In this document: positions 1-11,400 of the stretch, piece after piece
Position numbering within the stretch: position 1 is the first letter of the stretch
Layout of the letters: each line of letters begins with the position of its first letter
Assembly (NCBI GenBank): GCA_050273025.1
Contig: CP158635.1
Span: 29,574,001-29,638,000 of the forward strand
Origin: Cenococcum geophilum
Lineage: Eukaryota
Length of the DNA stretch: 64,000 nucleotides
Direction: 5' to 3'
Program-made: the position numbers and the translations under genes
The notes under the pieces: model-generated
Seen by the model: only the letters and a program-made list of their open reading frames with translations
Told to the model about the DNA's origin: nothing
Database searches by the model: none

Positions 1-3000
1 ATTGTCTTCCTCTTAAATTAACGGTTTAAATACTTCTTTATCGTCTTCTAGAAGAACCTCATTCTTAGTTAGGCTATTAGGAAGTTAAATCTTCTTAATT
101 AGCGTTTCTAATTCGGCGTATAGATCCTTTAAGATATCCGTTCGCTTGCCGTTAAAGAACGTCTTTTTATTAAAGATAACGTCCCTAGTAGAGATAACGA
201 TACCTTTATAGGGGATCTAGATCCTATAGATATTAGTAGAGTTATAGCCAACGAGGTAGCTAATATAGGCTCGCGGATCTAGCTTACTTAGCCTTTTCTT
301 CTTTAGCTAGGCGTCTAACGTCATTACGTACGCCCTATAGCCGTAGGCTTTTAGGTGCGCTAGTTGCGGCTTTCTTAATCTCCCATTAGCTAGGAAGGTA
401 TAGAACCTCTTATATAGCAATTTCCAACCGTTGCTTTCCCGTGGCATTCAATCTCGAAGGTAAACTGCACAGTTAACTATCTCGTTCTATAGGTTATGTA
501 GTAAATTGGCAGCAATTCTTATTACTTATGCTCTCTTAATAATTATACCCCCTAAGCGTTCGGCGGTACCGTTCTGTGCTTTGGTATATAGCGCCGAAGG
601 CTCAAATGTAATCCCTTAGGTCTATAGCCATTTAAGGGTTCTCCTTTTCCCTAGCTCGTTGTCTAATCTAATAGTATTAACTTTAAGGTTATACCTTAGA
701 CGAATCTATTGGATAAAGTCTTTAAGTACTCGTAGTATCTCCTTCTCCTTACTATGCGTCGTTATAAAATATAGGAAGGTTCTTTTTAAGAAGGTGTTGT
801 AAATAAGCATAACTTATACAAATCCAGCATGCGCTTTCTTAAGGTTAGTTTAGTTAATATAGAGGTTAAGATAAGGTTTATCAATATTCTGTTCTAAGAA
901 CCTTCTTAAGACCTAACGCTTGATTTTAGCGAGACTGTAATATTAATATTCCGTTATCTTAGGGCCTTAAAGCTTAACTCCTAGGGCGTTAATACCTAAA
1001 TAATAAAGGCTTATAGGTCCTAGATATCCTAGACGTAGATACTATAAACGTGCATTACCTTTCAAATCTGGACGAGCGTCTCTTAACAATATCCGCTTCC
1101 GTTAACGGCGCGTTAGACAGCTAATATTAAATGCGGATTTTAAGTTTCCTAATTAAACATATTTAATAGTCTATTGTCTATAACGTTCTTCTATTTAATA
1201 TAGGATTGTGTTATCCTTTTAAATAAAAAGATTATTGTCTTCTTTATTATCCTAGTAGTACCCTTATTTTTAAAGTAGACGGAACAACACTAGATTTATA
1301 TTAAAGTCTATATAAAAGGCAACGTCCTTAAGACGTAGGGTTCCCTTACTCTTGTCTAGTTTTATAACTTAGACGGTAATATCGCCGTAGCCTAGTATAG
1401 GCACTTGTAAGCTGCTAGCGATAATATATTTATGTCTTAGAGCTTTCCTTAAGTTATAGAAACGAGAGAGGTTATTAAAGATATAGAAAGTGGTTCCTAA
1501 GTTAAGGATAGTCAATAGCTTTAGTAGATAGAGTTAACCGGTGTAATACGATTCTAGGAATATCATATTAGCTTCTCCCTTAATCTTAACTATCTTATAA
1601 CTCTTCTTATCCTATTATTATTAAGCCTCGTCTTCTTATTCTTTAAGTCTGATCTTTATAACTTAGTTAGTAAGATCCTTATTCCCTTATACCTTCTTTA
1701 GTACCCTATTAATGCAATTCTCTCTAATCATAACTCCTATAGGTCTCTTCTCTTTAAATAAACACTAATAGTCCCAAAGTAAATATCCTTGTCTTTCGCA
1801 CGCTAAGTACTTAGGTGTAGGTTTCTTTTAGGACGTCTCCTTAACTAGTAACCCAGCTCTCTTTAAGTAACTAGTGCGTACTAAGGTCTTTCTTTATAAG
1901 CCTTTAGTAGTATTAGAGTAATCCTTAATGGCTTACTCTGCGAAGTCTGCATTAAAGGTACTCCCCCTTATAGTAGCATTGGCTTTCTTTAAGGGTCTTA
2001 TAAGTTCTTCTTGCAGCTCCTTTACTACTCTGCGGTATTCGGAAGATCTCAACTTCTAAGGGTTATTTAACTCGGTAGTGTACTTTATATAGTAGGCGTC
2101 GCTAAAAGGTCGAATAACGTCTGCTAAATCTTAAAGCTAGATTCCTTCTAACATTTAAGGGATCTTATACTTCTCTCCTAGTACCATTATATATTCCTAT
2201 TAATCTAGCCATTAGTTTAATTTTAATAACTATTTAAACCCCTTAAGGGCTTCTATATACTAGTATTGTACCTTCTTCCTAACGAATAATAAGGTAGGTT
2301 CTGTGTTCTCCTTTAACTAAGATAGCCATTCTTTAACGGTTAAGGAAGGGTTAAGCAGTAGCTTCTTCTAAATTAATACTGTGGACGTAATCTAGGTGCG
2401 TATCTATTGCAGATACTCTTCCTATTTTAGGAAGTACTTTATGTCTTAGTCATAGTATCGTCTACTGTTCTTATACGCTCTCTGTTAATTCGTTAAGAGC
2501 TATGCATATAAGGTTGCATTCTTATTAAAGTCTATAACCTTTAGAAGAGGTGGTTTTTCAAGTAGACCTTCTTAAGGTGCTTCTGTGGCTGGGTTAACGT
2601 AGGCCCAAATTTACTAATCTATGAGGGCTTATAGTTGCCAGATCCATTACTCCCAGTCTTCTAGCTTATTAAGGATGATCGTGGTTAACGAACTTAACGT
2701 TGGTGGAGTTATTTAACTAATAGGTAAAGGAGGAATTAAGATGGTATTTTGTCGTTAGGATCGACCTAGTCGTCAGGATCGTCCTTTAACGATTAAGGTG
2801 GAATCTCGTGGAATCTCGTGGAATCTCGTCCTATGACGATTAAGGTAGGATTTCTGTCAGAGTCTGCGTCTTAACGATGAGGTGTCAGAGTCTGACAATG
2901 AGGTAGAATTTCTTTAAATAATTAAGTAATAGCTGAATAGCTTCTTGAGTCGGCGGACCGGGCTCATAACTGTCACGAAACTCGTATTAAGCTGTTCATT

Positions 3001-3158
3001 GATGAAATGGGTTAATTGATTGATGATCTTGTAGATGTCTTGATTTTGATTTTGGACCTAGGGCCCTCAGGCTCAGATAAAGAGGTTTACACTGCACGTG
3101 ACTCGTACACGTGACTCGTGCACGGTCTACGCCTCCAGAGAATACAGATTATCTGACA
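1..3158 (-). mobile_element. Ty1/Copia LTR retrotransposon (5' part; RIP-degenerate, continues beyond window start)
   Basis: LTR at 2971-3158 (TGTCA...TGACA), followed on the minus strand by PBS-like GTTATGAGCCC. De-RIPed minus-strand translation gives protease ILDSGTTFHIFND (~1470-1510), GAG-pre-integrase LWHLRLGH (~1020-1050) and integrase AQNGTAERSGG (~545-582). Integrase directly after protease is the Copia order. Confidence 0.9.
2971..3158 (-). repeat. 5' LTR of the Copia element (188 bp)
   Basis: TG...CA ends with a TGTCA/TGACA inverted terminus and an adjacent PBS. Gypsy pol sequence resumes directly at 3159. Confidence 0.85.
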
Positions 3159-6100
3159 ACACTACTACAACTAGAGCACCTTAACCCTTAGATATAGGAA
3201 GAACTAAGTACTAAATCTTCAAGCGCCGAAATATGTCCCATTAACCCTACAGAATTCAACCAGTATGGTTTTCGATAACTTATTATCGATTCTTATCAAT
3301 AATTCTTACCGCTTAACCAAAATTTCTAAACTCCATCCTTCTCTTTAATTATTTCGTATGAATTATGGATTCTAAAATCAATTTATCTCTTATGCCTTTA
3401 ACTACCCACAATTCGGTCGAAACTGAATTAAAAGAAAGGGGTAGATCCGCTTATACAACATAGGTCTATACTTAAACGGCACGTAATAAAGAGAATTCTC
3501 GGCATAAGTTCTATATATACTATACAGCGACACCACCGTATAGCACTTCGGTTAGTATAAATATGCGTAAACATCTTAAGTTAAAGTATGGAATATATGT
3601 CGACCGAACTCTAGGTCTAATTTAAGAAGAAACCATCTACTAACTATAGTAACTTTATACCCAAGTAGAGTCTCTAGGCTAAACAAAAGAGATCGATACT
3701 TAAGTCTACCGAAAACATCTAAATTAGGATATAATTAATAAGGCTTTAATTACACTAATTATTATACAAAACCTTCCTTTTTAAGTTGTTAAATGGCCTA
3801 AATTTCATGCTTTTTACTAAGCGCTCAACCCAGAACCGTCCGACTTTATAACTATAGCACACTCTTAAGTTATAAAGAAGATTAAGTAGTCCTGGTAAAC
3901 TTATAAAGACGTTATATAAAAGAAACTTTAGTTAGCAGTATTAAGTATTTATCTTTTACTTAATATCTAGACCTTTTTAAATAGGCTTCTTCTTCTAGGG
4001 ATCTGCGCCCACTTTATTAACTATAGTTAAGAGAAGCGCTTAAAGGCCCTTTTCGCGCTTTATATGGTGGCAAACTATAGCGGAAATAAGTAATTTGCTA
4101 CTCTTCTTTTAGTCCTTAAGGACTATAGTATTGTATAAAAGCTTAGGTTTATTGTTTGTAATAACGCCACTTTAAATAATATACTTTGTTATACGGTAGA
4201 AGCCTATCTCCGGAAAGAGGAGGATATTAAATAGGATTCTATATATTAGCGGATCCGCTATACTAGTTATATTATTAATTTAGCTATATAAGCCTTCCTA
4301 TTTTATAGTCTAATTAAAATAAAGCAACTTAAGTCGTATAATAAAAAAGAAGGAAAAAGAGAGGTAGTAGATAAAGAGGAAAAACGGGCAACCTTTTAGG
4401 TTATAGGACCACTTAGTAAGCTTTATAATATTATTATATATATCCGCAGTTCCGCTAGTTATATAAAGAAGTTTAAAGATCTAGCGGAGAGAATAATTCT
4501 ACTTAATAACCGTATAAGATAGAATAGCTAGTTTTAAATGCTAGCTATAGCCGATTAAAAGGCGGGAGCTATTAATACCTATACTAAGAACCACTTTACC
4601 ACGCTTTAGGCAGACTATCTCTCTCTAAAAGACTAGAAACGGCTTTATACAATTAAGGAATTTCTTTAACCGTTTTACTGAGCAACTTTAGAGACTTAGG
4701 GTAACCGCGCAACAATTAATAGTGTGCTCTTTACTATGGATATTATTATTTAGTACTTTAAAGCCGCGCTTATAAGTAAACTTTCTTCTAAATTAGACAA
4801 TACTAATACCGTATAATAGTCTAAACATGCTTCTAATAAGGAGTTTAGCGCTTAAATTAGAAAGGGGTAGGAGACCTTTAATAAGTACTATAGTAAAACA
4901 GACAAGTTGCCACTTTACGCCGCTGCCCTTATTCTTTATACAAACCGTTATATAAAGTATATTAAGGTAAACTAGAAAGTAAAGTGGGTTAAGCCCGTAT
5001 TAAAAAAGGTTAAAGAGCTTTAGGAGTTTTACTAAAAAAAAGCTCCTACTCCTCTAAGTCCTCTATTATACAAAAGGAGACCTTAAGAGCAGGAACTTAA
5101 CGTATTTAATTAGATTACTTAAAAGCTAGGGAAGTATACTCAACTAGTAAGTTAGAATAAGTACCAAGATTATTATAATAGAGAGCTATACGATATTGGT
5201 AAGATGCTAGCGCTTAAATAGTAGTGTTAAGATTAACAAATAAAACGTTGGCTAAGGTTATCGTATATAGCAATTAATATTCTCTTAATTCCAGCTATAA
5301 GCAATAAACCAGAGCGAGTCTTTTTAGGGGGACGTTGTATAGTATTGTAGGAAAGGGCACAGATAGGAGTAGAAAACCTTAAGAGGGTAGAGTGTTTAAA
5401 ACATTATAAATGAAGTGGTATTTTAGACGAATAATGTCTAATATTAGGAGGCTATTAGGGCCTTTTCTAGAAGCCTTCCTCTAAGTTCCCTTTGTAAATT
5501 AATTAGCCTTAGGCACGTACTATAATGCTAAGTAATTATCAATGATTATTAATTATTAACTAATAATAGCGATTATTAATCAACGCCTTATCGATAGCAT
5601 TAAAAACCAGCCTAAATTCAACCTTATTAATAAACTACTATAAGTAAACCGTACGGACCCTTCTCTACAGGAGTACCGCGAAAAGGCAAAGGATATTACC
5701 AGCCTATAGTCCCTTAAAAATGGACTACTTAAGCACCGGGAACGGCTAGTAGTAGTAAAAGAAAAGAACTTATAAACCCGGCTTATTACCGAAGCATATA
5801 CCTAGGTTTCTACGGCCTACCCTAGAAAAAATAAGACCCGTAAAATTATTAGTGACCGTTACTACTGGCCCGGAATAGTTACGGATATTAACCGTTATAT
5901 AAGGAACTGCAACAACTGCCATAGGTCTACGATTCCACGAGATAAGACCCTAAGACTATTAAAGCTACTCCTAATACTAGAGCGCCCCTGGTAGTATATC
6001 TCTATAAACTTTTATAAACTACTAGTAAACCGTAACGAGTATAATATAGTTATGATTTTAGTTAACCGTTTTGGTAAACGCCCTTTTTTAATCCCCTATC

Positions 6101-7434
6101 ACAAGAATATTAATGCTAAAGAGGCGGCCTAACTATATATCTATTACATCTACCGAATTTATAAACTACTAGATACTATTATATCGGACCATAAACCGTA
6201 GTTTATATTAGCTTTCTAGAATAAGTTTACCTAAATCCTAGAAATTAGGCTAAAGCTTTCTACAGCGTACTACCCCTAGATAGATAGTTAGATAAAGATT
6301 ATAAATTAATACTTAGACTAGAGACTCTAGCCCTTTATTAACTACTTTTAAGATAACTAGGGCGAACTCCTACCTCTAATAGACTACGCCTAGGCGACCC
6401 TACCCTATAACTCTACGGGATTTGCACCTATCTAACTAGAAATAGGGTATCTACCCCAAATAAGCTTTAACTGGGATAGGCTAGAAGAACTACAGACTGT
6501 ACGCGAGAAACTGTCTTATAAGGAAGCCCAGCAGTATGCCAAGCGCTTAGAGGAAGCCTAGATGGTAGCCTATATAAATCTAAAAAAGGCCTAAAAATTA
6601 ATAAAATAGTAGGCAAATAAGTATAGGCGCGAGCCTGACTTTACTATAGGTAATATAGTTTGGGTTATAACAAAGAACTAGAAGACGGAACGGCCTAGCC
6701 GTAAGCTTAATTATTAGATAGCAGGACTATATAAGGTCCTTAAGAAAATAGGCAACTTATACAAAGTAGAGCTCCCAAATTTAATTAAGGTTTACCCTAT
6801 CTTCTCGCCGGATAAGCTACGGAAGGCTATAAATAACCTATTACCTAAATAAAAGAACAAACCCCCCCTGCCGATTTAAGTCAGTGGCGATAATAAATGG
6901 GAAATTAAAGAGATACTGGCCTATAAGCTAGTAAGGAAAACGCTAAAGTACCGCGTTAGTTGGAAAGGCTATAACCTAGATCCTACCTAGTACCCTATAT
7001 AGAACTTTATTAGCAGTCCCTATAAGCTTTAAGAATTCTATAGCCGTTACCCTAATAAACCGGGACCGCTAAAGTACCTAAACAAATAGATGGAATGCTA
7101 GTATAATAAAGATAATAAGCTACCGGAAGAGCATAAAGATAAGGACGCCCTATAGGCATAATACGGATATACAAAGCCTAAGGGCAGGCTTTTGCAGAGG
7201 GGGGGGTAATGTTACGGCACTAGCAGAAAGCGGCAGCTATGGTAGACGTTATAGTAGACACAGGGCTTACGTGACTCTTACGTGACTAGGGATTGTATAT
7301 AACTCCTCGCGTTACTACTTGTCCTTTCCTTTCCTTTTCTTTAGCTTTAGATTCTCGTTTATAGACAATCTAATTGTATAGGCTTGTACGTCCCTTATAC
7401 CGTGCTTATGCCTCGATTAACTAAGTCGCTAATA
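3159..7434 (+). mobile_element. Chromodomain Ty3/Gypsy retrotransposon, 3' part (integrase, chromodomain, 3' LTR), interrupted by a hAT
   Basis: Colinear with ~27916-29830 of the full-length copy. Chromodomain WEIxEIL...KYRVSWKGY at ~6898-6975, poly-G PPT at ~7196-7206, 3' LTR at 7210-7434. Confidence 0.92.
3261..5614 (+). mobile_element. hAT DNA transposon (2,354 bp, RIP-inactivated)
   Basis: 8-bp TSD AATTCAAC at 3253-3260 and 5615-5622. Imperfect TIRs (CAGTATGGTTTTCGAT left, ATTAAAAACCAGCCTA right). De-RIPed hAT dimerisation motif LSYMAIDILSIPAMSDEPERVFS at ~5258-5326. Confidence 0.93.
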
Positions 7435-8400
7435 TCTTAGATCTTTCTCTAAGCTCTAGCTACCCGCATCTTTAGTATATTCTAACTGGCTAAGCTAGTA
7501 GAGAGTTAAGGTATATCCTAGCTGGCTAAGCTAGTAGAGAGTTAAGATATTTATAGGTCTGTCCGCAGTGACTAAGGAACTTCGCTATTTACTACTAGTA
7601 ACTAAAACGCCTTACTATTAGAGCGTTACTTTTTAAAGATATTTACTGCACTAATAGTATTATTTACTACTTCGCTGGTAGTATAAGGACAGTTATATAC
7701 TATACTGGGCGCATTTTTAACTTTTAGTCTCCTTATTAAGACCTTTAAGCGTTTCTTTACACCAAACGGCGCTATATAGCTTATTGGTAAATACAGAGTT
7801 AATAGGGGATTCGTAGGTTAATGTTTAGGTAGTATAGGCGGCAGAGGAGTAATAAAGTAGGTAATAAGGCACAGAATTAATCTAGATATAATATATTAGC
7901 AATTTAGGTGTTTATCTACTATAAATATTAATATAGGAGGTTAAACATTAAGAATTGGTAATGGTTAATGGCTCTAGCTAAATGTTTACTGTTTTAACGG
8001 TAATATTTAAGGCGAAATATAGCGGTAACCACTAGGCCATTCGCAATAATTTTAGCAGCATTAGAATTACCCTATAAAGATCTAAAACGTAACGTTGGCC
8101 GATTGTTTATAAAGACGTTAGTTTGTTATTAATTAATAGCTAAAAAATTAGTATGGTGCGTAAGTTTATATAAGGATTATATATAAATTAGCGCGTAGGA
8201 CTAACAAATTTCTAAACCGTGTATTAGACGATAATAATATAAGCTAATTAATCTGTTATATAAGCAGCTTATGATTAGATTATCGTCTGGGACCGAGATA
8301 ACTTATAACCTGTTAATTCTACGCTGACTAAGCAATATGGCTTGTATTTAACTTAATTCGAGAACGACTAACTAATAACTCTACGGTGGTAAGCACCGTC
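7435..8400. other. RIP-degenerate sequence of unknown origin (possible gene or TE relic)
   Basis: TpA-rich, with a direct repeat CTGGCTAAGCTAGTAGAGAGTTAAG twice at ~7485-7546. One minus-strand frame reads protein-like with TAA/TAG stops of RIP type, but I recognise no motif. Confidence 0.35.
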
Positions 8401-8452
8401 CCTCTATGCCCCCTATGGAGCTCCCAATATGCCGGCTCCACCCGTTACCAGT

Positions 8453-11400
8453 TCATGTTATCGTTCTCTCACCTCTAGTCACCAATTTGCTAGCGACTTC
8501 CCTGTACAGCTCAGACGGCTTCGAACCTGGCACCCACTCTACACGACAGACGCCCGTCTCCCCCTTCCACTTTGCGGTGATCTCGAAGATCAGCGGTTTA
8601 TCGTCGACGAATACCTTAGTGCTGGCTTTGACAAGAATCTTGGTAACTCGGGGTAGCTCGTCTTTCAGCGTTTCGACGACTTGCTTGGTGATCTCCGTTC
8701 CGCCCTTGATAGATGCCTTCGTGTCCATCAGGGTCTCCTGAATGGTTTGGATCTGAGCGGCGACATTGTCGTGGTCCCTCTTCTTGTTCCTGTACGCGTT
8801 TTCGAAGGGCTTCAATTCGATTTCCTGCTCTAGCTTCGTGATTCTGCTCTGGGCATTTTCCTCTGCCGTGGTGAGCCTGCCTTTGTTCTTGTTAAGCAAA
8901 TCTCGTGCCCGCTTGAGTACTTTTTCCAGCTCTTTGCTCTTGGCGTCGAGATCATTGAGCGTTTGGATTTGGTCTTGCAGGTCTCTCTTCTCATCTTTCA
9001 ATATCTCATCAATGTAGCCACCCGGGCCCTGGGTGGTCAGCCTTTCCAGAGCTTTTCCGAACTTTTCAAGTTCCTTTCCAGCATCCCAGATAGCTAGTTC
9101 GATCGCCCTGAGTCCTGGCAAGTTGTGGACAAAGCGAGCGATGTCTAGAACGGCAGTACCAATCCCTACGTCAGCTTTGAGGAGCTCCAGGCCGACATTG
9201 GCTTCGTCGAATTTGATTTTCTGTAGAGTTTGTTAGCCAACTGGTCGGACTTTATGCCAGGTAGTCCACAAAGCCTTACCCAGTATACTCTTTCAAACCA
9301 CGACGATCTCTGAAACATTGTCCAGCAATGCTGTTTCCACTCATCCTTCGCCTTTATTTTCTCTATCGACGTTGTCAGCATCTCCGATAAGTATGAACTA
9401 GACATAAGAACTTACTTTGCCCCTCATTCCAGTGCTTTTCCACCGTCTCATACTTCCGTAGCTCGTCACCCCAAGAGCGATTTTTACGTTCCTCGAGCGT
9501 CTTCTTTTCCAGGTCCCATCTAGCCTGGTTCGACTTTTCCTTCGTAATTTTGCGATAGTACTCTTGCGTTTTCGCCCGTACCATGTCGTCGAGCTTGCGC
9601 TCCGCCGCGTCTTTCTTGGCTCTCTTCTCATGGAAGCAATCTTTCTGATTCTTGTAATTGATCTCGGCATTCTCTACTGCTTTCTCAAGAATATCAAGTT
9701 CCTTCCTCGCTTTTGATCGCTCAGTGTTCTCTTTCTCGATCTGTTTCCTTCGGCTGGCGACTTCTTCCTCTGACCTAGCCTTTATCACTTTCAACTCGAT
9801 TTCCATTTGACGCACCTCCTCCTGATTCTCCTTGATTTGGCGCTCGAGGTCGGCTTCTGCTTCTTCGATAGCTTTCGTGGCTAGTTCTGCGAGTGACTGG
9901 ATCCCTTTGCTGATACCATCAAAGATCGCACCGAAAATATCTACGTTCAACTCTGCTTCAAACTCCACCAAGATTCCAACCAAATTCTTCCTGTTCTCGA
10001 CCTGGGCAACAGCTTTGAGGTCGATTAATAAGCTGTCAGTAAAGTTGATATAGACATGAGCGCGGAAGTGCTTCTTCTGGAGGTCGGCGTCAATCAGTAT
10101 CTTGAGTTTGGAATCGTAACACCGAATCATGCCGTCAATGAAGATCCTCTGTTTCTCTGTCGTCATTTCAATTTTCATCGTTGCGCGTTCCACCCCTTGA
10201 TCAGCTCTGGCCGACGTGACTTCGAGACCTCCAATCTTGAAGTTGTCGAGGCCTGCCTCAATAACAAGACCATCACTACTGAAACGTCCGTCGAAATCGC
10301 CCGTCTTATCAAAGAACTTCACCTTTCCGCGAACATGAATACCGTGCTTATAATACTTGTCGAAGATGATTGCACCCGTAGAGAAATACAATTTCAGATC
10401 GTTGAAAACAAGGGTGTCTTCGCCGCCGTCCACGCGCCAAATTTGGACGTTGTCGGTCATCTTCTCAGCGAGTTGAACGATCTTTGAAATATTGATTTTG
10501 GTTATCTTTAGGAGGAACACCTGCTTAGGACTGGTTGGGCCGATACCAAAGACGATCTTTCCTTTAAAATCGCCGATGTTGAGCTGCCCGCTCAGGGAAT
10601 AATTACTGTGGATTTTAACGACGGCTGCTTTCTGCGAACGATTTGCTCGACTTACCTTGGTCCAGTTTTTAGGAAGGTAGCCCATACGATATCTGTTCCT
10701 ACTCCCAATTCTTTGATAACCAGCTTCTCGCTCAACTTGAAAGGGTTGACCCACTCGGACTCTGGTGTCATGTAGCTGAAGTTTCGTTAGAAGTTCGCTC
10801 ACAATCGACCAGAATGCGTAGAAGATTGAAGTACTTACATTGCTACTCCAGCACCAATTGTTCCCGCAGAGATATCACCTCTAACTTCGATCGGTTCCTG
10901 ATCCTCGAATTCCAGGGTCAAAGTAGCTGTAAGTTTGAGTTCCGGGCCACCCGTACCTACCGAAATGGAAGCGCCGAAATCGCCAAGTTTTGCGTTGTCC
11001 GTCAGAGGTACCTAGGGACCGAAATCAGCCTTCCGTTATCTCTCAGTAGCTTTCAAGACTTACGGCGAATGAATCCGGCATATTGATGCTGATCTCTATT
11101 TTGCCGTTGCGATGAATGGATACGATCAAGACGAACCCGTCGATGTTTTTGCCCCTGCTGAGGATTTCCATTTCCTCGAATTTGGAGATTGTCGCGCACA
11201 ACTGCATTCCTATATTTTCGGTTGTGTTAATTTATTCGTAGAGATAGGGTCAGGTTCAGTTACGTACCTGAGACAATAGGATAGTTGTAGGCCTTGACTT
11301 GAGCAAGGACGTCCCAACTTGCAGTTTTCTCACCTTCATCATTGGCATCTTCCTTCTTTTCATCCTCTGTTTTCTTCTTCTCTTTCTCTTCCTCAATTTT

